From NCBI GenBank assembly GCA_947054455.1, contig CAMRWN010000001.1, positions 74,966 to 138,965 on the forward strand: DNA of 64,000 nucleotides. Direction: 5' to 3'. The position numbers and the translations under genes are program-made. Every line of letters begins with the position of its first letter. The first letter of the stretch is position 1. Below are positions 9,015 to 17,776 of this stretch, one piece after another. Below the pieces are notes generated by a model. It was not told where the DNA came from, ran no database searches, and saw nothing but the letters and a program-made list of their open reading frames with translations. Origin of the DNA: an uncultured Alphaproteobacteria bacterium. Lineage in GTDB: Bacteria; Pseudomonadota; Alphaproteobacteria; Rs-D84.

Positions 9015-11384
9015 ATGAACAAAATAAAAATGCAGTTTTCACAGTTGCGCAACACAACGCCAAAGTACGTGCAATGGCTGCTGTTGCTGGCGGCGTTTCT
9101 GGTCGTAATTATATTGTTTACGCTGATGATGACGGGGTCTAAAAAAGCGCCTGTCATTGAAAAGGAATCCACCGCTGTCAAAATAACGGTGTCTGACGAA
9201 AACATAGACTGGGCCGCGACCAAGGTCGGCCAGAAAAAGACGCAGTCGATAAAAATAACCACGACCGCGCCCGCCCGCATCGCCGTCAGACGCACCAAGG
9301 ACATAGACGGATTCAAACCGCTGGATACATGCAACAACATAGGCGAGATAACGCCCCAGTTCCCGTGTACAATAACACTGGAATATGCACCGACGCATGA
9401 AATGCCGGTTCAGGGCGTACCACTCTTTATAGATTGGCGCGGCGCCGACATGCCCGAAAGCATGAACGAAACTATCAAGATTACCGTCGTACTGGGCGCC
9501 AGCGAACCAGAACCTGCGGTAATTGCCGAACCCGTCGTCGAACCGGTACCGGCGGTCATCCCAGAACCAAAGCCTGAGCCGCAGCCGGCCCCCACCCAGA
9601 TTCAGCGCGAGATAGAGGCAATCGCCCCGTCATACGATGAAATATTCGAACCCAAGCCAGCAGCCCAAAAGAAAAAGGAAGTTTTCCAACCGCAGACCCA
9701 GGCCGAGATGACAAAAGAGGCATGCTCGGATTTCGCGTTTCCTGGATACGATACATCCGGCAACCAAATCGGCTGGATAAAGCCGGAGGGCGGTGCATAC
9801 TATTTCCATCCGTTTTCGGACAAAAACTGCGACACACCGACCGGTGTTTACAACCCGGACAACGGAATCATAACCGACATAAAAAACACTGGCAATAAAA
9901 TCGGCACCGATGCGGAACACATCGGTTATACAATGATAAGCGCTGCCGCAATCCCACAGCTGTCAAACGCGCCGTCATCAAAACGTGTAAACCGCGCGGT
10001 ACAGGCGCCAACACCAATCAACAGCACCGGCATGGCCAGAATGAGCAATGATTGGACCACGCTGACACAAAGCATTGTCTCCCCGGCACCGCAAGAAGAT
10101 GTTATTTTCGGAACAACCGGTGATGTGGTTGTTGCCACCGCCCCGTACGACCGCACATTTATTCTGCGCCAGTACAAGCCGATTCCGGCAACAATCGTCT
10201 CTGACGTTCGCGCCGACACCGCGCTGGCGAAGGATAATTTGAAATTCCCCGTACGCGCAACCGTCGACCGCAATGTATATTCCGACAACGGTCGCACAAT
10301 TATCATACCGACGGGAACCCTGCTGATGGGATACGTATCGGGCGATGTGCCGGGCCCCTATAAGGCAATCGGCCGCATGAACATAAAATGGTACCAGTTT
10401 GTTTTGCCCAACGGGGTTGAATTTAATTTCGAAATCGGAGACGAACCGGAATCCGCCGACTCTCAGGGACGCATCGGCGTACCCGGCCGTGGCAGCACGG
10501 ATTACATGGAACAGTTTGTGATGCCGATGCTGACGGCGATTGTACCGGCGGCGGTGAATATGATTGCACCTGTCGCGGACAAGTTTGTAAACCAGATTGA
10601 CCTGGACAACAACACCGTCGTGCAATCCGGCACGCTGCGTTCGTCCGAACTGGCCAAGAACGAAATTATAACCGCATGGAACCAGGTTGCGCAAAAGCTG
10701 ATGGTGGACATGATGGACAACACCGTGCCGCCCTTTACAATCCCTGCCGGCACACGCATAACCGTATACGCCCCGACCGATTTGGCGGTATCATGTACGG
10801 ACTCTACAAAAAAATGCTATATGGAAGACCTGCGCAGCAAAGCGAATAATAAGCGCACGAATCCTAAGTGGAATGCGACCGAGGCAGATGATGATTCCTG
10901 GGTTGGACAGGTACGCTCATTCAATTCGCAACAATATTGCACCCAGGATGCACAAGGTTTATGGACAGCCCAAGAACGTTGCGCGCAATATGGTGTATGT
11001 GGCAACTATTCATACAGAACGTTGCTGCTGTACTGCCAATCGCTGAACTATCAGTCAAAAAACAACGCCCGCCAAGAACAGTTGTTCCAGAACCAGCAAG
11101 ATGCATCAAACAAAAACAGCATCGCCAGCATGGGCGGCGTCGGTTCGACGCAATATAATGAAAATGTCCTGGGATTGCAGTACGCCGACGAAGACAAGAC
11201 GACAATAGTAAATCCGTTCCAAACCCTGCCCAAGGAAGAGGCGCCCGCCGCACTCACATGCATGGACGGTTCCAATCCGGACATGAACGGATGCTGTGCC
11301 GGGGAAATATATACCGACATGGGCGATCAGGGATTCAATTGCTGTCCTGAAACGGGTGGCGACTGTTTCCCGCCGATACTGTAG
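9015..11384 (+). CDS. virB10: Type IV secretion system VirB10/TrbI-like protein (789 aa) with a Pro-rich linker and a Cys-rich C-terminal extension
   Basis: There is an N-terminal TM helix (WLLLLAAFLVVIILFTLMM) followed by a Pro-rich region (EPEPAVIAEPVVEPVPAVIPEPKPEPQPAP). The VirB10/TrbI barrel domain is present (VYSDNGRTIIIPTGTLLMGYVSGDVPG...WYQFVLPNGVEF...GRIGVPGRGSTDYMEQFVMPMLTAIV). About 200 further C-terminal residues contain 14 Cys. Confidence 0.85.
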   Translation: MNKIKMQFSQLRNTTPKYVQWLLLLAAFLVVIILFTLMMTGSKKAPVIEKESTAVKITVSDENIDWAATKVGQKKTQSIKITTTAPARIAVRRTKDIDGFKPLDTCNNIGEITPQFPCTITLEYAPTHEMPVQGVPLFIDWRGADMPESMNETIKITVVLGASEPEPAVIAEPVVEPVPAVIPEPKPEPQPAPTQIQREIEAIAPSYDEIFEPKPAAQKKKEVFQPQTQAEMTKEACSDFAFPGYDTSGNQIGWIKPEGGAYYFHPFSDKNCDTPTGVYNPDNGIITDIKNTGNKIGTDAEHIGYTMISAAAIPQLSNAPSSKRVNRAVQAPTPINSTGMARMSNDWTTLTQSIVSPAPQEDVIFGTTGDVVVATAPYDRTFILRQYKPIPATIVSDVRADTALAKDNLKFPVRATVDRNVYSDNGRTIIIPTGTLLMGYVSGDVPGPYKAIGRMNIKWYQFVLPNGVEFNFEIGDEPESADSQGRIGVPGRGSTDYMEQFVMPMLTAIVPAAVNMIAPVADKFVNQIDLDNNTVVQSGTLRSSELAKNEIITAWNQVAQKLMVDMMDNTVPPFTIPAGTRITVYAPTDLAVSCTDSTKKCYMEDLRSKANNKRTNPKWNATEADDDSWVGQVRSFNSQQYCTQDAQGLWTAQERCAQYGVCGNYSYRTLLLYCQSLNYQSKNNARQEQLFQNQQDASNKNSIASMGGVGSTQYNENVLGLQYADEDKTTIVNPFQTLPKEEAPAALTCMDGSNPDMNGCCAGEIYTDMGDQGFNCCPETGGDCFPPIL

Positions 11385-11407
11385 AAATACACGTCCAGAA
11401 ACAACCA

Positions 11408-11440
11408 AGGCGCGCATACATTGCGCGCTTTCTTTATTAT
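11408..11440 (+). terminator. Rho-independent terminator after virB10
   Basis: A GC hairpin, aaggcgcgca-tacat-tgcgcgcttt, followed by a T-rich tract, lies ~25 nt after the virB10 stop. Confidence 0.6.
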
Positions 11441-11622
11441 CCGGAAAAACAAAATGATAAAAAACCAGATTTTAACCGATTCGCTACAGACGCTATAAAA
11501 CCGCATTTCGATTCGAATTTCCGATTCGCCGTTCAACCGTCGGTTGTACCATTTTACAGACTTCAACTCTTGTTTTATACATCAAAGACATCAACGTCAT
11601 AAAAAACCAAAGGAGAGGACAC

Positions 11623-11964
11623 ATGACACAAACACAATCCGCATGCACACCGGAAAAATTTCAAAATTCGGAACAACTGTGGTTCTGGTTTCTATATTCC
11701 AAATCGGTGCAGTCCGGATTCATACGCACACATGGCAACGCGACGCGACGGCCGTGCGAATTGTTGGACGTTGAAACCCTTATCACTAAATTGTATTTGT
11801 CCGGCGCACTGACGGATGAACAACTGGCCGTTATGAAGCAGTTCGGCGACAGGCGCCGCGCACCGCACCAATACATATGGGCGGAAAATCGGGCGGCCGA
11901 CCTGTGGCGCCGCGCAATGGCGACACTGCAGAACGCCGCAGTCAAACGCGGCTGGATAGAATAG
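11623..11964 (+). CDS. Hypothetical protein (113 aa)
   Basis: An ORF with a strong RBS (AAAGGAGAGG) 7 nt upstream of its ATG. No recognisable family. It lies immediately downstream of the virB8-10 operon terminator. Confidence 0.5.
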   Translation: MTQTQSACTPEKFQNSEQLWFWFLYSKSVQSGFIRTHGNATRRPCELLDVETLITKLYLSGALTDEQLAVMKQFGDRRRAPHQYIWAENRAADLWRRAMATLQNAAVKRGWIE

Positions 11965-12016
11965 CTGGCACGCGCGCCGCCGATACGGGCGGTGCGCACA
12001 AACAACGGAAAATAAC

Positions 12017-12364
12017 ATGATAATAATCGCATTTACAAGTCATACGTCCAAAATACCGCCCCGCATATTCTGCAGACATTTCCGGCACTGCGCGGTCATC
12101 GTTCCCAACGGCGCCGGTGTCCGTTCAATGACGATGCACCAGTTCGTCCGCCGTCGAAATGTTGCGCAAATATCGCTGGCGCCGCGCGACATACGGATAC
12201 TTGGGGCGCACGGATGGCGCTTCATATATCTGGCGTGCGATATCGCGAACGATTTCAATCCGTCGCATGCGCGCACATGTGTGGATTTAAGCAAGCGCGC
12301 CATCGGAATTCACGCGCCGCTGATACAGACGCCGGATGCACTGTACAAATATTTGAAAAAATAA
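12017..12364 (+). CDS. Hypothetical protein (115 aa)
   Basis: An ORF with a weak RBS, followed directly by a bidirectional terminator. No family recognised. Confidence 0.4.
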   Translation: MIIIAFTSHTSKIPPRIFCRHFRHCAVIVPNGAGVRSMTMHQFVRRRNVAQISLAPRDIRILGAHGWRFIYLACDIANDFNPSHARTCVDLSKRAIGIHAPLIQTPDALYKYLKK

Positions 12365-12392
12365 ATCCGCCCCGTTTGGGGCGGATTTTTAC
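12365..12392. terminator. Bidirectional rho-independent terminator between the hypothetical ORF and yidC
   Basis: The sequence aaatccgcccc-gttt-ggggcggattttt is a perfect hairpin flanked by A and T runs on both sides. Confidence 0.75.
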
Positions 12393-12396
12393 ATCG

Positions 12397-13962
12397 TTAT
12401 TTCTGCATGCGACGCTTTATGATATACATCTGCGCGATTCCGAACAGATTGGAAACGGTCCAGTACAAAACCAGTCCCGCCGGCATCCACGCAAACAGAA
12501 CCGTAAACAGCACCGGCATCCATCGCATGGCCTTTTGCGTCTGCGCCAGCGCATCGCCGGTCGCACCCTTGTTCGACGCAGACTGCAAATACTGCTGCAG
12601 CCACATTGTCAGTCCCATCAGCACGGGCATGATGAAATACGGATCCATTGCCGCCAAATCCGATATCCACAGGAAATGCGCGTTGCGCATCTGCACGGAA
12701 ATCAGCAGCGCCTTGTACAACGCAAAGAAAATCGGAATCTGAATCAGCATCGGCAGACATCCCGACATCGGCGACGTCTTGTGTGTCTGGTACAGACGCA
12801 TGATTTCAACCTGCATGCGCGTCTTGTCGTTGGCATAGAGCTTTTGAATGCGCGCCATTTCCGGCTGCATCTTCTGCATCGCTATCATTGATGTGTATGA
12901 TTTGCGCGTCAGCGGCCACAGCAGCATGCGCAGCAAAATTGTCAGAATGATAATCGCAATGCCATAGTTCATCACGATTGCATTAATCGCGTTCAGCAAC
13001 CACAACATCGGACGCGCCAAAAACCAGAACCAGCCGTAATCCATCGTCTGATTTGCGCCGGCAATCAGTTTTGACGCCGCCCCCAGCGCATCACGTTCGC
13101 GCGGTCCGGCATACAGGTGCGTGGTTATGCGTGCTGTTGCGCCCGGCGCCACGGAAACGGCCGCCGCAGATGCGTCCGTCTGATAACGCGCGCCCTGCTT
13201 TTGCGCACGGATTGTCTGGTCAGGGCTGTCTATTGCAACCAGCGTTTCCCAGTATTGGTCGGCAAATCCCGTAAAGCCCTGCCCGGTTGTGTATGCCCGC
13301 GGCTTCTTATCCAAATCGCGCCAGTCGTCATGTTCCACATCGCCGTTGGCGTATGCGACCAGCCCAGTGTACACACCGGCCGATGCACGCGCGTCGGCAG
13401 GGCGCACAATGCGCGCATACGGCGCGAACGCGAAATCTTTTTTGGCGTTGTTTTTTATCTCGTCTATGACGGTTATGACATATCCGTCCGCAGACACTGT
13501 GCGCGTAAACAGCACGCCGTCAGAATTGCGCCATGTCTGCGCACCATTGGACGCACGCCATACTGTTTCGGCGGTCGGCGCCGCAGTTCCGCGCGCCACC
13601 ATGCCGATTTCCGCGAACGCATCTTCATCCGGCAACAGGCGCATCGGCGCATCCCCGTCGGCTTCGCGCTTGAAATCCTTTAAATCTATGTCGGATATAC
13701 GCAGACCGCGAACGCGGGCGGTTATCTTCTCGCCGTCCAATTCGGATACCGGAACGGCCGAAACGTCCGCCTCTATGACAGGCGCGGGCGTATTGGACGC
13801 ATCATGCTTTTTCGGCGCGACAAACGTACCAACCAGCCACCATGCCGCCACAAACAGCACGAACCACCACAACATACCTGAAAAACGCGATTTTCCGGCA
13901 CCAGATTGCTGACGTGCATTCCATTGATTGAATCCGGAGTTTTTATCCAAAAATTTTACCAT
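12397..13962 (-). CDS. yidC: Membrane protein insertase YidC
   Basis: A 521-aa ORF with a large periplasmic domain and the conserved C-terminal 60-kDa inner-membrane insertase region (LLWPLTRKSYTSMIAMQKMQPEMARIQKLY...GCLPMLIQIPIFFALYKAL...). Confidence 0.9.
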   Translation of the reverse strand: MVKFLDKNSGFNQWNARQQSGAGKSRFSGMLWWFVLFVAAWWLVGTFVAPKKHDASNTPAPVIEADVSAVPVSELDGEKITARVRGLRISDIDLKDFKREADGDAPMRLLPDEDAFAEIGMVARGTAAPTAETVWRASNGAQTWRNSDGVLFTRTVSADGYVITVIDEIKNNAKKDFAFAPYARIVRPADARASAGVYTGLVAYANGDVEHDDWRDLDKKPRAYTTGQGFTGFADQYWETLVAIDSPDQTIRAQKQGARYQTDASAAAVSVAPGATARITTHLYAGPRERDALGAASKLIAGANQTMDYGWFWFLARPMLWLLNAINAIVMNYGIAIIILTILLRMLLWPLTRKSYTSMIAMQKMQPEMARIQKLYANDKTRMQVEIMRLYQTHKTSPMSGCLPMLIQIPIFFALYKALLISVQMRNAHFLWISDLAAMDPYFIMPVLMGLTMWLQQYLQSASNKGATGDALAQTQKAMRWMPVLFTVLFAWMPAGLVLYWTVSNLFGIAQMYIIKRRMQK

Positions 13963-13964
13963 GA

Positions 13965-14507
13965 TTATTTACCACCTTTTGATTTTACAGAATTAATGCA
14001 GCGACGTCTGGCAAGAATCCAATTCAAAACATACAGCGCAACGCCCGTGCAGATACAGATGTCGGCGACATTGAACGCAGGCCAGTGATATCCGCCCAAA
14101 TGAAAATCCAGGAAATCTATCACCGCGCCGAAACGCACGCGGTCAATCAGGTTTCCAATCGCCCCGCCCGCAATCAGCGTCAGCGGCAGCATTTCATATT
14201 TCGCCGCGCGGCGCCACATATAATGCAGTATGAATCCGACGACCAGCCCCGTGCCGATTATCATGATTATCGGCGCGGCTTCGCCCATGTCGCTGAGCAT
14301 TGAAAACGATGCGCCAAAATTCCAGGTAAATACGACGTTGAACACATCGCACACCTGGGCCATCAGATAAGAAACCGGCACCAGTGTCAACGCCGCCCCG
14401 AATGCCGGAACGCGCCCTGTAATCAGGTACAGCAGAAAATCCTTGGACACCTGGTCAAGCAATATTATCGCAATTATGATTGCTGCGTATTTTAAAAACT
14501 TTTTCAT
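13965..14507 (-). CDS. lspA: Lipoprotein signal peptidase II
   Basis: The LspA motifs are present (NWGASFS-like NFGASFSML, GNLIDR, VIDFLDF). The likely start is the internal MKKFLKYAAII at 14507; the track ORF extends to 14660 from an upstream out-of-context Met. Confidence 0.8.
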   Translation of the reverse strand: MKKFLKYAAIIIAIILLDQVSKDFLLYLITGRVPAFGAALTLVPVSYLMAQVCDVFNVVFTWNFGASFSMLSDMGEAAPIIMIIGTGLVVGFILHYMWRRAAKYEMLPLTLIAGGAIGNLIDRVRFGAVIDFLDFHLGGYHWPAFNVADICICTGVALYVLNWILARRRCINSVKSKGGK

Positions 14508-14562
14508 ATTTCCTTTCCCGTTTGTCGGAAATATAGCAGTACGCCCCCGCAAAAGCAAATAA

Positions 14563-14590
14563 AATGTCCCCCGCAGGGGACATATTTTAC
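14563..14590 (-). terminator. Rho-independent terminator downstream of the kef-type antiporter gene
   Basis: The hairpin atgtcccc-cgca-ggggacat is followed by T-rich sequence on the minus strand. Confidence 0.6.
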
Positions 14591-14601
14591 GCATCAGGAA
14601 A

Positions 14602-16308
14602 TCATTCCTGCGCATCGGTATTGCCGTCCAGCGCGGCATAATTATCGGCCCGCATCGCATCCAGCATCCGCCCTATCCGCACATCGGAAATCCCAAGATG
14701 CGACATCACGCCCCGCGCCAAGAAGAACGAAGATTCAATCGTTTCAGGCAGCGCCTCGCATACACCGTGGCGCCGCAAAATTTTTGATTCGGCCAAGTTT
14801 CGCGCACGCGCAAATATGCGGACACGCGGCGCCACGGACTTTACCGTCAATACGGTGCGACGCGCCACCTCGGCATTGTCAAGCGCAACAACCACCGCGC
14901 GCGTTTTGCGCGGCGCCAGGCCAAAGTTTGATAAAACATCGCGGTTGGTCGTGTTTCCATATACGACGTTGAATCCGTTCTCGCGTCCCTGCATGACGGC
15001 GTTTACATCCATGTCTATGGCAACGTACGGCACGCCGCCCGCATCCAGCATCTGCGCCACAATCCGACCGACCCGTCCAAATCCGCATATAATGACATTG
15101 GGCACCGCGCCGGGCTGGGCGTCGTTCAACGCGCGCGTATTGGCCGACGCGAACAGCCGCCCGCTGCGCCGCAGATAATCGAACACCGCCAGCAGAACGG
15201 GCGTCGCCATAATCGACAGGATTATAACCGCACTCAAAATTTCCGCATGCGCATCCGGAATCGCATTTATTCCGCCCGCCTTCATCATATGCAGTATCAA
15301 CAGGCCGAATTCACCACCCTGGGCCAATATCAGCGCAATGAACGCCGCATCTGCAACAGGCACATGGCGCACGCGCGCGACCATGAACATCGCCATAAAC
15401 TTTACCGCAACCAATCCGACCAATCCGCCCAGCACAATGTACCACCGCCCAATCAGCAGCGACAAATCAAGCCCCATTCCCAGCGATATGAAAAAGAACG
15501 CCATGAACAACATCGCATAGGGATTTATCTCTGCGCTGATTTGATGCCGGTATATTGTTTCAGACATCAGCATGCCGGCCAAAAATGCCCCCAGTCCCGC
15601 AGGCAGCCCCATCAAATCCATAACAACGGCCCACAGCACGATATTAATCATCACGGCCAGCAGCAACGCCTCGCGGGATTTTAAATTGGCGACGCGCCGC
15701 AGCAGCGGGTTTAAAATAAAACGTCCAACCACAACAACCGACAGCACCAGCAAAACAGACAACACCGCGATATCAATCGCCGTCGCCCCCAGATTAAAAG
15801 ATTTTCCTGCAAACACCGGCAGCATCGCCAGCAGCGGAATCGACAGCAAATCCTGGAACAGCAGAATTGAAAAAGTCTGGCGGCCGGCACCGGTATTAAG
15901 CTGATTCCGTTCTGTCAGCAGATTCAGGTCTTCGGATGTGCTGGACATTGCCAGGACCAGCGCCACCATTATGCACCCCAGCACAGACCAGTGCGTCAGT
16001 CCGAACAGCAGCGGGAACATCATCACCGCCGCCATCATCACCTGGGCCGCGCCAAAACCGAATATGGTGCGCCGCATCGTCCACAAACGCTTTATATTTA
16101 TCTCCAGCCCGATGTTGAACCACAGAAACATTATACCCATGTTGCCCAGAAATTCCCACGTCTGGTTCAGTTCGAACAAATTTAGAACATACGGCCCCGA
16201 CAAAATGCCCGCCACCAGAAACGCAACCAGCGCGCCAATTTTCGCCATGCGCAGCGCGCATACAAAAACAAACAGAATTCCAAAAAATATTAAAACAGAC
16301 AGTGGCAT
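14602..16308 (-). CDS. Kef-type monovalent cation:proton antiporter (CPA2 family) with a TrkA-N/RCK domain
   Basis: A 568-aa ORF with ~12 TM helices and a C-terminal Rossmann RCK motif (VIICGFGRVGRIVAQML). Confidence 0.85.
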   Translation of the reverse strand: MPLSVLIFFGILFVFVCALRMAKIGALVAFLVAGILSGPYVLNLFELNQTWEFLGNMGIMFLWFNIGLEINIKRLWTMRRTIFGFGAAQVMMAAVMMFPLLFGLTHWSVLGCIMVALVLAMSSTSEDLNLLTERNQLNTGAGRQTFSILLFQDLLSIPLLAMLPVFAGKSFNLGATAIDIAVLSVLLVLSVVVVGRFILNPLLRRVANLKSREALLLAVMINIVLWAVVMDLMGLPAGLGAFLAGMLMSETIYRHQISAEINPYAMLFMAFFFISLGMGLDLSLLIGRWYIVLGGLVGLVAVKFMAMFMVARVRHVPVADAAFIALILAQGGEFGLLILHMMKAGGINAIPDAHAEILSAVIILSIMATPVLLAVFDYLRRSGRLFASANTRALNDAQPGAVPNVIICGFGRVGRIVAQMLDAGGVPYVAIDMDVNAVMQGRENGFNVVYGNTTNRDVLSNFGLAPRKTRAVVVALDNAEVARRTVLTVKSVAPRVRIFARARNLAESKILRRHGVCEALPETIESSFFLARGVMSHLGISDVRIGRMLDAMRADNYAALDGNTDAQE

Positions 16309-16355
16309 TTTCCCTCTCCCCGACGCCTTGGTAAAATTATATCAAAAATCCGCCG

Positions 16356-17177
16356 CTATGGCATCAAAATTTGTGCAATGCGTGCAAATGTTTCGGGCGA
16401 CAACTGCTCGGCCCGTTCGGTTCCGGTCAGACCAACGCGCGCCCAGTCAACGCCCGGCATTATGCCGCGTATCATTTTGCGGCGCTGGCCAAACAATTTG
16501 GCGGTCAGCGCCTCTATCCGCGCCAGGTTTTCAATCGCGCGAATCTTGTCCGCATTTGGAATGATTTGCACAACCGCACTCTGAACCTTGGGACGCGGAA
16601 CAAATGCGGTGTTTGGCACATCAAACAAAATGCGCGCGTCGGCAATCAACGCGGTCAGCACCCCCAGACGACCGTACTGCGGCGTTGCGGGACGCGCGAC
16701 AATACGCTGCGCCACCTCGCGCTGGAACATCAGTGTCATGGATTTTATCGGCGCGCCAGATGCCATCTGCTGCAGCCATCCAATCAACAGTTCGGTCCCC
16801 ACATTGTACGGCAGATTCGCACATATCGCATATTCATCAATCCCCAGCGCGGAAAAATCCACATTCAGCGCATCGTCATAAACAACGCTCAGACGCCCCT
16901 GGGACGCATCGGCGATGCGTGTCAAAATCGGTGCGGTGGCGCTGTCCTTTTCTATCGCGACCAACCGCGGGGCGCCCGCCGTCAAAATGGCGCGCGTCAG
17001 TCCGCCCGGGCCGGGTCCAACCTCTACCACGGGGATGTTTTCAATATCCGGTACACTGCGCGCTATGCGGCCCGTCAGATTTAAATCAAACAAAAAATTT
17101 TGTCCGAATTGCTTCTTGGGTTCCAATCCGCCTTCGCGCATCATTTCCGCCACCGGCGGCAGTTGTTCAATTGTCAT
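16356..17177 (-). CDS. rsmA: 16S rRNA (adenine1518/1519-N6)-dimethyltransferase
   Basis: The KsgA/RsmA motifs are present (KKQFGQNFLFD, VVEVGPGPGGLT, ANLPYNVGT). Confidence 0.9.
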   Translation of the reverse strand: MTIEQLPPVAEMMREGGLEPKKQFGQNFLFDLNLTGRIARSVPDIENIPVVEVGPGPGGLTRAILTAGAPRLVAIEKDSATAPILTRIADASQGRLSVVYDDALNVDFSALGIDEYAICANLPYNVGTELLIGWLQQMASGAPIKSMTLMFQREVAQRIVARPATPQYGRLGVLTALIADARILFDVPNTAFVPRPKVQSAVVQIIPNADKIRAIENLARIEALTAKLFGQRRKMIRGIMPGVDWARVGLTGTERAEQLSPETFARIAQILMP

Positions 17178-17767
17178 AATGCCTTGCGCCCCCCGAACGC
17201 CAATGTCAACGTGCCGTCATCCAAATAATCCAAATCCCCGCCCAGCGGCACGCCCGAGGCCAGTTCTGAAAACGCGGCGGCATCGGCCCCGATGACTGAC
17301 ATGACGTAGTGCTGGGTTGTCTTGCCTTCGACCGTATTGGGCAGTGCGAAAATAACCTCTGCCACGTTTTCATCATGTATGCGCGCCGGCAGGTTTGATA
17401 TATTCAAATCATCGGGCATCGTGCCGGACGCCCCCGACAACAATCCGCCTATTATATGATAACGTCCGCGAAACACCGACGATTTTTCCAACGTCCAGAC
17501 ATCGGACAAATCGCGCACAACACACAGCTGGCCGTTGGCGCGCGACGCATCGCGACAGAATTCGCACGGCGCGCCCGCATCCGTCAAAACACCGCAGTTT
17601 GCGCACGGTGCAATTGTAGCTGACGCTTCCAGCAGGGCCGCGGCCATGTTTTCGGCGCGACCGCCCCTGTCCTGCAGCAGCGACAGAACTATGCGCTGCG
17701 CTGCGCGGTTGCCGACGCGCGGCAATTTTGCAAATTGTTTTATTAACTTTTCAATCTTTGGATTCAT
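17174..17767 (-). CDS. recR: Recombination protein RecR
   Basis: A 197-aa ORF with the HhH N-terminus (LPRVGNRAAQRI), a C4 zinc finger (CANCGVLTDAGAPCEFC) and a Toprim region. It overlaps the rsmA start by 4 nt. Confidence 0.9.
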   Translation of the reverse strand: MNPKIEKLIKQFAKLPRVGNRAAQRIVLSLLQDRGGRAENMAAALLEASATIAPCANCGVLTDAGAPCEFCRDASRANGQLCVVRDLSDVWTLEKSSVFRGRYHIIGGLLSGASGTMPDDLNISNLPARIHDENVAEVIFALPNTVEGKTTQHYVMSVIGADAAAFSELASGVPLGGDLDYLDDGTLTLAFGGRKAL

Positions 17768-17776
17768 ATGCAGAGC

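Noticed and set aside
9480-9700. Proline-rich repeat region in virB10 as a possible DNA-level tandem repeat or CRISPR-like array
   Set aside because: The repeats are only at the amino-acid level (PEP/PVP). There is no regular direct-repeat/spacer structure. No CRISPR arrays were seen anywhere in the window.
13117-13912. ORFs of 188 and 207 aa on the plus strand
   Set aside because: They are antisense to yidC, whose conserved insertase motifs are clear on the minus strand.
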